Shown piece after piece: positions 36,240-48,937 of a DNA stretch of 64,000 nucleotides. The translations under genes were made by a program, and so were the position numbers. Below the pieces are notes generated by a model. It ran no database searches. It had not been told where the DNA came from and was given only the letters and a program-made list of their open reading frames with translations. The stretch is taken from contig NW_027590163.1 in assembly GCF_964213995.1 (NCBI RefSeq), positions 310,001 through 374,000 of the forward strand, given 5' to 3'. Within the stretch, counting starts at the first letter, position 1; each line of letters begins with the position of its first letter. This DNA is from Mustelus asterias (taxonomy: Eukaryota).

Positions 36240-36920
36240 ATGAATCATAGGAGGAGGAGCAGACCACTCTGTCCATCGAGATTTTTCCACTATTCAATAC
36301 CATCATGGCTAGCCTTGGGCTACAACTTAGTTTTTCCACGTGCTCCTAGCTCCCTGAATTCCCCAAGAGACCAGAAACCTGTTTCCCAACCTTAAATGTG
36401 CTCGATGATGCGGCATACATAACTGTCAGGTACAGAGAATGCCAAAGATTCTCAGCCCTTTGAGTGAAGTAATGTTTCCTTATCATAGCCCTAAATGATC
36501 AGCTCCTTATCTGTGCCGCATTGGGTTAGATTCCCGACCAGCAGAAAAGAATCTCACAGCTTCCATCCTATCAAACCTAGTCAGAGTTGTGTCGGTTTAA
36601 TGAGATCGCCTCTTTTTGCTCTAAACTCCAGAGAATTTCAGCACGATTTACTCAGCCTCTCATCAGAGGACAACTCCCTCACCCCAGGGAGCAACCTGGT
36701 GAACCTTCTCTTTACTGTTTCCAATGTAAGCATATCATTTTTTAAATGTGACTATCGTATTTGCACAGAGTATTCAACATGTGGTCTCAACAAACACCTG
36801 TGCAACAGCAGCAACACCTCGTTACTCTTGGACTCCAGTCTGCCAGCAATAAAGACAAAAATGTAATTTCTCTTCCAATTATCTGCTGCACCTACATGCT
36901 GACTTTATGGATTCCTTGCA
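36240..36920 (-). mobile_element. Old degenerate CR1 3' fragment
   Basis: Reverse-complement remnants of LEYSVQ..., RFTRLLPG and the 3' tail. Confidence 0.65.
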
Positions 36921-37310
36921 CAAGGGCATCTATTCTGTTCTCAATATCATCACTTACAAATGCTGCAAATTCCTTGCAGTACGTGTAACATTATTAGTGG
37001 ATTAAGGAACAGGATTGGGTTTGAGGTCGGAGATTTTTGATGAATGTGGACATTTCTGAGGTGGAGAGCAGGAAGTTCAAAGATACAACTTGAAAATGAC
37101 ATGATTTGACATGTGTGCTTTGTGTGTATCTGACATGTATGTTGTACGTGTCGTGTGATTCTTCTTCAGAGTTTATCGTTAGTGTTACATCACTGAATTT
37201 TCCAGTTCCCATGCAAGTTCATCCAGCTGGAAGATTTAGCTGTTGCTCCCTTCACAGACGCTGTGAGGCGTGTTTTCATTAAATGAAGAATTGAACAATA
37301 AGTTATTCAC

Positions 37311-37370
37311 TACGTGACTGGGAATTGAAACCGCGTCACGGCGCCGATCCTGATCACTAGACCCTCAGTG
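37311..37370 (-). tRNA. tRNA-Glu-like remnant
   Basis: Reverse complement ...ggtctagtgatcaggatcggcgc...ggtttcaattcccagtca. Confidence 0.55.
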
Positions 37371-37910
37371 ACGCTGATGTGAGAAATTTGCAATGAGTTG
37401 ATCATCTCTGTACCCATTGCTTCATTTCCAATAACTTTCAATAAAAATAAGTCACAATGAGGAATGACGCGAAGTGCACATGACAGGATTTGAACCTTAG
37501 TTAGAAAATCCTAATCCATCCCCTGGGCCGGGACTACAGTCTCAATGTTTGCAATCAAGCTATTTATAGACAACCGTTCAGCCTGCGTTCCCGTTTGTAT
37601 TCTCTATCGGAGAAACTCCAATCCTTCCAGTTTTGACAAAGGGTGATCTGAACTCGGAACGTCAACTCTCTTTCCTCACTGATGCTGCCAGATCTGCTGA
37701 GATTTTCCAGCATTTCCCTTTTTGTTTCCAATTCCAGCATCTGCAGTAATTTGCACACTCCTTCCACGCACGCTCCTTTGCTTCAACAACTGTTTACAGT
37801 GGTATGTGTCTCCTCTTTCTTCCTGCCAGAAACGACACAGCACAAACTCCTGACTTCAATCTGAACTGCTGGAATTCAGCTGCAGAGACCAAAACATAAA
37901 CTCATTCTAG

Positions 37911-37978
37911 TAGCAGCTGGATTCGAACCCACAACTGCACAAAAACAGGAGGGGTTTAACCTGCTCCGCCACGCTACC
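37911..37978 (-). tRNA. tRNA-Leu remnant
   Basis: Reverse complement ggtagcgtggcggagc...gtgggttcgaatccagctgcta; its upstream flank (38120-38790) duplicates 33700-34220. Confidence 0.65.
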
Positions 37979-38201
37979 ATGTAATTATCCTGTTGTCTAC
38001 TGATAACGTTACTGAAATTCATTAGCAGCGAAGGAGCTGAGAAAGGCCATCTGTTGGCTTGAGCCTGCTCCTGCACTAAATAAATTCATTCTCAACTGTG
38101 TAACAAACAGATATCACATCCAGTCAGAAACAGAATGAGCTGCAGTGAAGGTCCAGCAGCATTTAAACTGCCCTTAATCTTGTCTGGTTCCCAATATCCT
38201 G

Positions 38202-38337
38202 ATTGGAGATGACGGCGTTGGACTGGGGTAAACACACTAAGAGTTTTAACAACACCTGGTTAAAGTCCAACAGGTTTATTTGGTAGCAAATGCCATTAGC
38301 TTTCCGAGCGCTGCTCCTTCGTCAGATGGAGTGGATA
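38202..38337 (-). mobile_element. Solo Penelope terminal repeat with 13-bp target duplication
   Basis: Homologous to 42132-42270; flanked by tcccaatatcctg at 38189-38201 and 38338-38350. Confidence 0.85.
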
Positions 38338-39591
38338 TCCCAATATCCTGTCAGATATGACATGAAAACCTCCTGTTGAATTTGCTCAGTCTTCACTTCA
38401 GGACCAGAGGTAAGATTGTGTTTTATATGTTTCACCAGGCAATAACTGACATTTGTTTTTATGGTTTGGATGAGAACAACAAATCTTCATTTCCTGACCT
38501 GTAATCTAAACAGCAGTGAAAGTGTCAAACTCTAACCATCAGACCAGCCTGTTTTACAGTTTTTCCTTATCCACGCTGCTTTTGTTATTTTAATTTTCGT
38601 GCCATATGACATTCACCACAAGCAAGTCTCTACCGCAAAATGGCACCTTCTGTTTCCACCACAATGGTATATTCAGTCAATTGCAACAGACGTTCCACGC
38701 ACAGTTGTTACTTTCGCTTCCAACGGTTCGAAACTCGACAGAAACTTTTCCAAATTTTTTCGTTGCAGAGTGAGGGAAAGGTTTAGTAATTCAGTGCGAA
38801 CGCGGTGGTAAATTGGTGGGATTGGTTTACAAGGGTTTTGGTTTGAGAACCTGAGCATACAGTGCAGGGAATCCATCAACACAATACTCACACAGGAAAA
38901 TCAAGACATTTTCAAAAGGTTACTACGCTTGCGGGCATTCACTTTATCCCTGGTCACCAGTTTAGAGGACGCCATGTTTGTTGGTTCAGACAGTTGGCTG
39001 TGTGTATATTGTTATTCATTCATGGGTTGTGGATGTGTACCCCACTCGCTATTTCTGTTATTCATTGTCTCTATATATCTTCTGTACATTCTCTCAGTCT
39101 CTCTGACTGTTTTTATTACGTTTACCTCTTTTGCTCTTTGCTCTCTCTATTCTCTCGCTCTCTGTGTGTAACCAAGGTTCAGTGGATTGATTTCTGCGTT
39201 TCTCCTGGGAAGAGAGATTCAGTGGGATGAGTCTCTTCGCTCTGGAGTTAGAGTAATCAGAGGTGATCTTGTTGAAATGTCTGAAATTGGGAATCAGTTT
39301 AACAGTGTACATGCTGAGAGGCTGTTTCCCCCACCTCTGGCTCGATTACTTCGAACAAAACAAAAGTCGAAAGATGTAAGAGGAGTTTGTAATGTTTGGG
39401 AGAGGTGAAGCCAAGAAGTGGAAGATGTGACTGATGTAATATTGATGATTGAGAGGAATGCATGGTAACCTTATGGATTCCATAGATCGATTCATTGTAA
39501 ACTTTGAAATCAGAACAAGCGAAAACACCAGATGGAACAATTATATTTGTCTCCATGCATTTTTGGTTATAGAAAGGGCATTTGTTCTCGT

Positions 39592-39664
39592 GCCCGGCCA
39601 GTTCAGTCGGTAGAGCATGAGACTCTTAACCTCAGGGTCGTGGGTTCTAGCCCCACGTTGGGCG
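39592..39664 (+). tRNA. tRNA-Lys(CTT), 4 substitutions, probably a pseudogene
   Basis: gcccggccagttcagtcggtagagcatgagactcttaacctcagggtcgtgggttctagccccacgttgggcg; T8>C and B-box G57>T relative to canonical; TTTT downstream. Confidence 0.9.
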
Positions 39665-42131
39665 TCGGTGTTTTAAACTTTGCCCCATTTATGGGTGAAT
39701 TCCAGCTCTCCTTTCCTCCAGAAATGTCACCGCTCAAACTCACTCTTTCACCATCTTACTTTGTTTCCCTCCTAGTTGTGGGTTTATGACTGAAAACTGC
39801 CTCCAGTTCACTGGAAGGCGGGAAGTTTAGCACTGAACTCAGCGAAAAATGTTGTTCTCATTCAGTACGATAGTTAAACCCAGATCTGGGAGATTGTGTC
39901 AGTGGGAACAATAATCATCTCCATTGTCACTCAATCACGCCAGCCTTCCATCCTATTACATTGTTCTTTCCTCCTCTCCCTCTCTATTTTCCTTGACTCT
40001 GTACTTGTTTATCAACCACTAAATCCCTCATCTCTTCCAGTTTGGGTAAAAGGTCAGCAACCTGAATCATTCACTTTCTTTCCCTCTCCAGGGAAGCTGC
40101 TGAAGCTGATGAGGACTTCCAACATTTTCTGTTTTGAGGTGGGATTTGCAGCAACTGCAGTTCCTTGTTTTGGATCACAGTGGATCACTTTTCTCTGACT
40201 GAATCTTACCTGTTTCAACAGTTAAAGGGCAGAGGTTTTAAATACTAAGTCGCCAGAATGTGTTACCCTGTTTTACATGAAATGGAACAAAATGACAATT
40301 AATCATTTCATAAATACTGCCAATGCAATATATATTTCGTTGTCAACGCCAGCATTTGTTGTCCATTCTTATTTCCCCTTGAACTGAGTATTTTACTCGT
40401 CCATTTCAGATGGAACTTAAAAGTTAATAACGTTGCTTTGTGTCTGGAGTCCCATAGAGGCGAGAAAGGGGAAGGATGGCAGATTTCTTTCTGCAAAAGG
40501 TCCAGATGAATTTTCCTGACCATCAGAAAGCAAAGCTTCATTAATGAGACTAGCTTTCACTTCCGTTTCAGTTCTAGACTGCGGTGGGATCCGGACCTGT
40601 GGCCTGGGCCACAGGATTCATACTCCACTGATTTTACCACTACGTCACCATCTTCCCGGAGGAGTGTCAGTGTATGTCCTTCACATGGAATCAAACTGCT
40701 TAATTTCACATTGAAAACAAACATTGAAAGCAGTGTACTGTGGAAATCTGTGTCAGGCACTCAGGAAACCGGGGAATTAATGATAAATCTATTGCTTTCA
40801 TTCAAAGACAGAAAAATGTGGTGAATCCTCAGCGTGAGTGATGAAGGAGCTGCGCTCCGAGAGCTCGTGATTCCAAATAAATCTGTTACACTTATACCTG
40901 GTGAGAATTCTTACCGGGTACTGAAGGGCATTTCATTTATAATTCGCGAAAAGATGATTTTTATAAAATTAACAGCTTTCAGCAAATTGCACCACAATCA
41001 CGTTGCACACGATGCAGCGAGTTACTCTCCTGGCCTCATTGTATCAGCCCCAGAGGGCGATTGCTCAAGAACACAAAAAGCTCAGCGATAAAGTGGTCGG
41101 TGGCTTCATTCACCAGGTATCAATCTAGAGCATGAGACCTTTCTCTTCAAATCACACACACACACACACACACAAGCACACACTTGCTCAATAATGCTCA
41201 GGTCACCTCAATTTCCGTGTTGGGTTGTCTAGGTGATACCCTGTACACTTTTGTAGTCTGATAAACGGGCCATCAGGGCTACACTCTGTAGACTGGAGAA
41301 AATTATTTTTGAGAGATGAATTGCATGCTGAATAAATGAATTAAGAGTTTCTATGGGTATATAAATTAGGAACCCCGTGGCTAAGGTAAATGTGAGGCCT
41401 CAACTGAATGAAATGAGTGAATTGATAACAAAAATCACAAATGATGGATATGCTAAATAATAATTTTGCATCAGTCATCAGCGTTGAAGATAATGCAATC
41501 ATCCCGAGGTTATCAGATGGGCTGATTGCAAATAATGAATTAGGGATAGAGTATCAGAGAAACTCAATGGTCTAAAGGAGTACAAGTCACCAGGATCCGA
41601 TGAACTGCACACTAAGGTTTTAATGGAAGTGCAGCAGAGGTAGTGGACCCATTGCTTGAAAATTTTCATATATCGCTAAATTGCCGGAGCTTACCAGAGG
41701 AATGGAAAACAGCAAATGTCACTCTTTTGTTCAAAGCGGGAAAATCGCCAGTTGGTTTAACATCTATCATCGGCAAGACATTGGAGTCACCAGTCAAAGA
41801 GTAAATAACTAATCATTTATGAAAAGTGAATATAATCGAACCTTGTCCACATAGATTAATGAAAGGTAAATCGTGTTTCACAAAATTGCTCAAATTCTGT
41901 GAGGATGAAACAGAGAGAATAGGTAGAGGGGAACTTCTAAGTGTACTGTCTTTAGATTTGCAAAATACATTTGCCAAGGTGCCACGTAAGAGGCTGGTGT
42001 ATGAGGTAAAAGATAAATGATTTGGAGGGAGTGTATTGTTTCGATTAAAAACTGTCCGTCAAACAGAGAGGTCCTTTTCATAGTGGAAAACGGGTCCTTT
42101 TTCAAAGTGGAAAGATGCAACTGTGGAATAA

Positions 42132-44087
42132 TGATGTGGAGATGCCGGCGTTGGACTGGGGTAAACACAGTAAGAAGTTTAACAACACCAGGTTAAAGTC
42201 CAACAGGTTTATTTGGTAGCAAAAGCCACACAAGCTTTCGAGGCTCTAAGCCCCTTCTTCAGGTGAGTGGGAATTCTGTTCACAAACAGAACTTATAAAG
42301 ACACAGACTCAATTTACATGAATAATGGTTGGAATGCGAATACTTACAACTAATCCAGTCTTTAAGAAACAAAACAATGGGAGTGGAGAGAGCATCAAGA
42401 CAGGCTAAAAAGATGTGTATTGTCTCCAGACAAGACAGCCAGTGAAACTCTGCAGGTCCACGCAACTGTGGGAGTTACAAATAGTGTGACATAAACCCAA
42501 TATCCCGGTTGAGGCCGTCCTTGTGTGTGCGGAACTTGGCTATCAGTTTCTGCTCAGCGACTCTGCGCTGTCGTGTGTCGCGAAGGCCGCCTTGGAGAAC
42601 GCTTACCCGAATATCAGAGGCCGAATGCCCGTGACCGCTGAAGTGCTCCCCAACAGGAAGAGAACAGTCTTGCCTGGTGATTGTCGAGCGGTGTTCATTC
42701 ATCCGTTGTCGCAGCGTCTGCATAGTTTCCCCAATGTACCATGCCTCGGGACATCCTTTCTTGCAGCGTATCAGGTAGACAACGTTGGCCGAGTTGCAAG
42801 AGTATGTACCGTCTACCTGGTGGATGGTGTTCTCACGTGAGATGATGGCATCTGTGTCGATGATCCGGCACGTCTTGCAGAGGTTGCTGTGGCAGGGTTG
42901 TGTGGTGTCTTGGTCCCTGTTCTCCTGAAGGCTGGGTTGTTTGCTGCGGACAATGGTCTGTTTGAGGTTGTGCGGTTGTTTGAAGGCAAGAAGTGGGGGT
43001 GTGGGGATGGCCTTGGCGAGATGTTCGTCTTCATCAATGACATGTTGAAGGCTCCGGAGGAGATGCCGTAGCTTCTCCGCTCCGGGGAAGTACTGGACAA
43101 CGAAGGGTACTCTGTCCACTGTGTCCCGTGTTTGTCTTCTGAGGAGGTCGGTGCGGTTTTTCGCTGTGGCGCGTTGGAACTGTTGATCAATGAGTCTAGC
43201 GCCATATCCTGTTCTTATGAGGGCATCTTTCAGCGTCTGGAGGTGTCTGTTGCGATCCTCCTCATCCGAGCAGATCCTGTGTATACGGAGGGCTTGTCCG
43301 TAGGGGATGGCTTCTTTAACGTGTTTAGGGTGGAAGCTGGAGAAGTGGAGCATCGTGAGGTTATCCGTGGGCTTGCGGTACAGTGAGGTGCTGAGGTGAC
43401 CGTCCTTAATGGAGATGCGCGTGTCCAAGAATGCAACCGATTCCGGAGAGTAGTCTATGGTGAGCCTGATGGTGGGATGGAACTTGTTGATGTCATCATA
43501 GAGTTGTTTCAGTGATTGCTCACCATGAGTCCAAAGGAAGAAAATGTCATCGATGTATCTAGTGTATAGCATCGGTTGAAGGTCCCGTGCGGTGAAGAAG
43601 TCTTGTTCGAACCTGTGCATGAAGATGTTGGCATATTGAGGTGCAAATTTGGTCCCCATGGCTGTTCCGTGTGTCTGGATGAAGAACTGGTTGTTGAAGG
43701 TGAAGATATTGTGGTCCAGGATGAAGCGGATGAGATGTAAAATTGCATCTGGAAACTGGCAGTTGTTGGCGCTGAGCACTGAGGCCGTTGCAGCAATGCC
43801 ATCGTCATGGGGGATGCTGGTGTAGAGTGCTGAGACATCCATTGTGACGAGGAGCGCTCCTGGTTCAACTGCTCCATGTGTGCCGAGTTTCTGTAGGAAG
43901 TCCGTCGTGTCGCGACAAAAGCTGGGGGTTCTTTGTACAATGGGTTTCAGGATGCCCTCGACATAGTTCTGTTTGTGAACAGAATTCCCACTCACCTGAC
44001 GAAGGGGCTTAGAGCCTCGAAAGCTTGTGTGGCTTTTGCTGCCAAATAAACCTGTTGGACTTTAACCTGGTGTTGTTAAACTTCTTA
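42132..44087 (-). mobile_element. Penelope-like retroelement (RT + GIY-YIG), 5'-truncated, with inverted terminal repeat
   Basis: Uninterrupted ORF 42475 to about 43960: TMDVSALYTSIPH, GTAMG, RYIDDIF, VVYLIRC..CPEAWYIGET..LRQRMNEH. Repeat 42167-42293 is inverted at 43966-44092. TSD ctgtggaataa at 42121-42131 and 44088-44098. Confidence 0.95.
42226..42270 (-). ncRNA. Minimal hammerhead-ribozyme-like motif in the Penelope terminal repeat
   Basis: ccacucac CUGAAGA a GGGGC uuaga GCCUC GAAA gcuu gugugg; copies at 43988-44032(+) and 56366-56410(+). Confidence 0.6.
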
Positions 44088-46056
44088 CTGTGGAATAACA
44101 CAGGGATCAGTTCTTGGCCCGAAATTGTTCACTAATTACATTCTTGACGTGGAGGAAGGAACAGCATGTAATGTTTCCAAAAATGTCATTGACATGAACA
44201 TAGGTAGAACCGCAATCTGTGATGAGGATATTGTGATTCAGCAATGTTGAAAAGGCAGATTATTATCTACATGGAGGGACACTGCTGGGCAATGAAATAG
44301 AGAGGGATCGAGGTGTTCCAGTGCTTGAATCACAAGAGCTAGCATGTAGGTTCAACAAGTAGATAAGATGGTAAACCACATTTTGGCCGATATTGCAAAG
44401 GGTTTCATGTTTAACTATACAGAGTTTCAGTTGCAATTGTATTCACTGTTAATGAGAAGTCGCCTGGAATTTTGCATTCAATGTTGGTCCCGTTATCTAA
44501 AAAAATGTTGAAGCCGATTCTCTCGCCTCATTGCTAAGATGAGAGGGTTGACCTATCAAGTGAGACTAAATCGTTTGAGTCTGTATACATTGGAGTTCAT
44601 GAGAGTGAGGCGTGATCTCACTCCACCAGTCTCACCATATTCCTGAGCTCGAATTCCAGGGTTGCCAAATGTGATTAATATCCCAGAAAGAGATAGTTGT
44701 TTGTTTTTATATTTTAGTGGCATCAAGTGAGATCGAGGATCAGCCATTATCATACTGAATGGAAGAGTAGACTCGAAGAGACAAATGACCTCCCCCTGCT
44801 CTTTGTTTCTATTTTCACGAGATTGGCCTCTGCGAGGAGGCAGTGTTCCTACATTGAGAGGTTGAGTAAATTGTACCAGTATTCTCTGCAGTTTAACGGA
44901 ATGAAAGGCGATCTCATTGAAATTTTCAGCATTCTGAATGTCTGTGATAGGATGGACGTTAAGACAGATACAAACCTTCTCTCCCGTGTGTTCCCCTCTC
45001 CCTTTTTCTACCTGTGAGCTTTCTTAAAATCTGTAACATTTATGTCTTCTTTCAGTTCTGATGAGATTTCAGTGACTTGAACCCTTCACTCTTTCTCCCG
45101 CGACAGATTGGGTCTGACCTACTGAGGATTCACCACATTTTCTGTTTGTGAATGGTAACGCGAGACGTCTAGTCAATTCCACTCTATCTGGTATATGATA
45201 GCGGTTTTAACTGTATAATTGTTTAAATCTTTGTTTTCAACGTGAAATGTCCTTGTTTGATTACACGGGGGAGATTAACACTTACACTCTTCCGGGATGG
45301 CGGTGACACTGTGGTAAAATCAGTGGAGCATGAATTCCCCGGGGCGGAGGAACACAGGTTCAGGTCCGACCATAGCCTGGAAATGAAACTGAAATTGAAG
45401 GTTGTATCAGTAAATAAGCAATTTTTCTAATTGTCATGAGAACTCATCTGGACCTTTGCAGAAGGAAATCAGCCATATTTACCCAATCTGGACTAGATGA
45501 GAACCCAGACCCACAATAGCGTTATTGTTTCTTAGCGGTGCTCAGAAGCAAAATATTCAGATTAAGCCGAAATAGGAACGGCCAACAAATGCTGGCACTG
45601 ACAACCAAATACATATTACATGAGTAACATTTCATCAACTGACAAATTCCCATTTTGTTTCCTTTCATGTCGAACAGGGTGACATATTCTGGTTTCTTAT
45701 TGTTTGAAAAGCTCATCCCTTTAACTATTTAAAAACGTAACGTCCAGTCAGAGAAAATTGAACCGATGTGACCCAAAAACATGATACCCCAGTTTCTGCC
45801 AACCCCGCCACAAAATAAAAAAAATGCTGGAAACATTCAGCTGGTCAAACGGCGTCTACGGAGAGGGAAATAGTGTGAAAGACTGAGGTTGCTGATCTTT
45901 TATCTTAACTGAAAGGAATTAGAGATTTTTTGGTTTGCAAACAACTACAGAATCAAGGAAAATAAAGGGCGAAAGGAAGAAAGGACAAACGGTCCTGTGA
46001 TCGGGGAGCTGGCTGGATTGATGTTCTGACAATGGGAATGATACTGAAAAACAAAA

Positions 46057-46114
46057 GTGGCAGAGAATTTGACTGCAGATCTCCCGGTCCTTGGTCCAAA
46101 TCCAGGTTCCCTCT
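46057..46114 (+). tRNA. tRNA-Cys(GCA) pseudogene, 5'-truncated
   Basis: gtggcagagaatttgactgcagatc...ggtccttggtccaaatccaggttccctct. Confidence 0.75.
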
Positions 46115-47544
46115 TTCGTGATATTTTTCGTTTGTTGTTTCCATATGATAAAAAATGCTGCATGACAGAAAACCAATGACTGGCTGAAAAGCACTTTGTG
46201 ACGTGTACTGGGATGTTCGGGAAAGGAGCTATATCAATGTCAAACTGTGTTTCTTTACTTAATTTCAATCCCAGTCCACTGGTAACTGGCCATCGTCAGT
46301 TTCCCCCCAACTGTTATACCAACCATCTAACCCACGCCCATAATACTGAACAGCTCCGCGAAATCTCTGTTTAACCTTCTTTGCTCTAAAGAGAACAATG
46401 CCGGTCTTTATACTCCCTCCACAAAACTGTATTTCCTCATCCCTGGACATGATGCAAACGGAGGATTGAGAGCAGATTTTGGAAAAAAATGTCATTTGGC
46501 AAGTGGGGAAAATGGAGGAAAAAACCAAACCAGAAAACCACAGTCTCCAGCTTTGTGAATCTTTAGAAACTCTTTTGGAATGGGAATCAAAGGAGATTGA
46601 AGGCTGAACAGACAAACTGAGCAGAGACAATCAAGGCACATTTCCCTTCTTTATGATGCTGGAACATTGACTCTGATTTTATCAGTCAAATTCACTGATC
46701 AGAGATATTGAATGGACTCTCGTTAATGCACATCAGGTATTCAAACCTAATATCAGCTCGGGACAGTCATGATATTTGGTAACAGCCAAGAAAACGAAAG
46801 GCTTGAAGGGCAAAGGCACCAGTTCGAGGAAAGCTGGTTCCCGATGGCATGGATGTGTCTGAAATGGGTGGGCTCTGGCTGTTAGACGTATCTTGTGTCT
46901 ACATCTAACCCATAAGAAATCCATTCAATTACAATTCTAACAAATACATTAATTATTCTCTCTTCCTCAGTTCCACAGTGAGTGAGAGCAATATTGCTCC
47001 AGCTCCCATTCTCCAAGCACCCCCTGCCAGCAGAAAGCACGGGCGATTTTGCTGGGTGTTTTTGCGAGAAAATGGTGAAGAGTAAATATTCAATAGATTG
47101 ATTGATACCCAATTCAGTTCACATTCAGCAAGAAACTTGAATTCGGAAACTTCAGAGCAGTGGATTTTGATAATGTTACTGCCTCGTTTAGCACCTGGGG
47201 CCTGCGGAAATATGAACTGAATGTGATAACCCTATCAATACAGAACGTTCCCTCAGGATAAAATGACTGGTCTAGAAGGTCAAACTGTGCAGTTTAATTG
47301 AACTTCAGAACCTGTTTTGTGGACGTGCAATTCGGCTGAACCCCTTATTCACGCGGCAGGGAAATTGTTCTAACATTAGAATAATAAAATGACATTTGTG
47401 CCATTTTTCTCCATTTCGCCATAACTGAGCATTTTGCAGAATATCATTTAATACTTGGGGAAGCGTAAATGCAGTTAGGCTCTGTGATAGTGTTTTCTGT
47501 CAATACTTAAATGGGGGTGTCGTAACTTTCCCTCAAACTGTCGA

Positions 47545-47665
47545 GATGCCAGCGTTAGACTGAAGTGGGGACAGTAAGAACTCTCACAACACCAGTTTAA
47601 AGTCCAACAGGTTGCTTTGGTATCACGAGCTTTTGGAGAGCTGCTCCTTCATCAGGTGAGTGAGC
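47545..47665 (-). mobile_element. Solo Penelope terminal repeat
   Basis: gagatgccagcgttagactg...aagtccaacagg...gctgctccttcatcaggtgagtg; another short copy at about 40834-40905(+). Confidence 0.8.
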
Positions 47666-47699
47666 GTTTCCTCACACTGAGTGATGAGTACGTTTGCAC

Positions 47700-47771
47700 A
47701 CTGTTGCGCTATTTCAAACAGGGAACCTTTCAGATGTTAGGAGAATGCATTAAACTGTACACTTCAGAAAC
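47700..47771 (-). tRNA. tRNA-Val(AAC)-like remnant
   Basis: Reverse complement gtttctgaagtgtacag...cctaacatctgaaaggttccctgtttgaaa. Confidence 0.55.
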
Positions 47772-47847
47772 AGAGAATACATGGTTCTAAAATACAGTCA
47801 GACTGCACGGTTCGGCATTCTAGCTGGTTCCAAAGTTGTTACGAATC

Positions 47848-47916
47848 GTTTCTGTAGTGTAGCTAGTATCACGTTCACCTAATCAAAGATTCCCAGTTCG
47901 AAATCGGGCGGAAACC
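47848..47916 (+). tRNA. tRNA-Val pseudogene
   Basis: gtttctgtagtgtagctagtatcacgttcacctaatcaaagattcccagttcgaaatcgggcggaaac. Confidence 0.78.
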
Positions 47917-48842
47917 TTTGTACATACTTCAAACCTCAGAGTAAGGAAAAGAGCAATAATTCCTGTTTATTGTTTATTGAATATTAACTGAATACTGTAT
48001 CTTACACTGTGTTACATTTACCTTTTCCCTTCACAGTTCAGTGCAGACAGAATATGATTCAGTGACTCTCGTTTCCAGCTCTGACGCTTCAGAAAGCTTC
48101 TCTCAAATCTGCACATTCCGGGTGATTGTTGTTAACTTGTGTCAGATTTTGAAATAGCTCTTGTAGCACCACCTTCGTTAATAACAGTCACTTAAAGCCA
48201 CATTTCAGACAGGGAAACAAACTTTTCAATGGTTCTCTCTTTTCTGGCTCCATAGTGAGTGAGACAGTGACAAACAGCAGGATTTTCCACCGCACTCTCC
48301 AATCACCCGCTGCCAGCAGAAAATCGCGACTGCAAATGCTTCTGTATGTTATTTTAAACTCAGAGTGGGGATCAATAATTTATTGTTCGAAATTAACTGC
48401 TGTTACAATGCATGTTACATTTCCCCATCCATCTAAAGTTCTGTACACACTCAAACCCAATATTTTTCCCTGACTCCCGTTTCCAGCTCTGGCGGTTCAG
48501 AAGGCTTCCCTCAAATCCGGCTTTTTATTTTGTTCGTTAGTGGGACATGGGCGTCGTTGACCATCATTTACTGCCGATCCCCAGTTGAGATACAAACACA
48601 TCGCTGCGTCTCTGGAGTGACATCTGGGCCAGATCAGCGAAGAACAGCAGATTTCCTTCCCGAAAGGACATTAGCGAATCATGGGTTTTTCCAACAATGG
48701 ATAGTCTGTTCATGGTCATCAGTGAATTCTTAATTCCAATCTTCTTCATTGTATTCAAATTTCACCAGCTGTCGTGGCAGTCCCCAGAATATTAATCGGT
48801 CGAGCGATACTACCACTAGGCCATCGTCCCACCTAAGACATC

Positions 48843-48937
48843 TGCGCCAGGTGAGGCTCAAGCTCACAACCTCAGCATAGCCTGCTGGCTGTATTGCTGT
48901 ATAATAATCACACGCTAACAGATTGCGCCACTGGAGC
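48843..48937 (-). tRNA. Intron-containing tRNA-Ile(TAT) pseudogene
   Basis: Reverse complement gctccagtggcgcaatctgttagcgtgtgattattata[cagcaatacagccagcaggct]atgctgaggttgtgagcttgagcctcacctggcgca. Confidence 0.85.

Larger units (their letters stand above)
41340..44960 (+). mobile_element. Old degenerate CR1, split by the Penelope insertion
   Basis: KGKSCFTKLLKF...LDLQNTFAKVP before 42131, resuming as cacagggatcagttcttggccc (QGSVLGP) after 44098. Confidence 0.75.

Noticed and set aside
39896-40198. 100-aa ORF conserved with 60648-60950
   Set aside because: Conservation reflects the segmental duplication; it overlaps a Penelope-type repeat remnant and has no ATG start.
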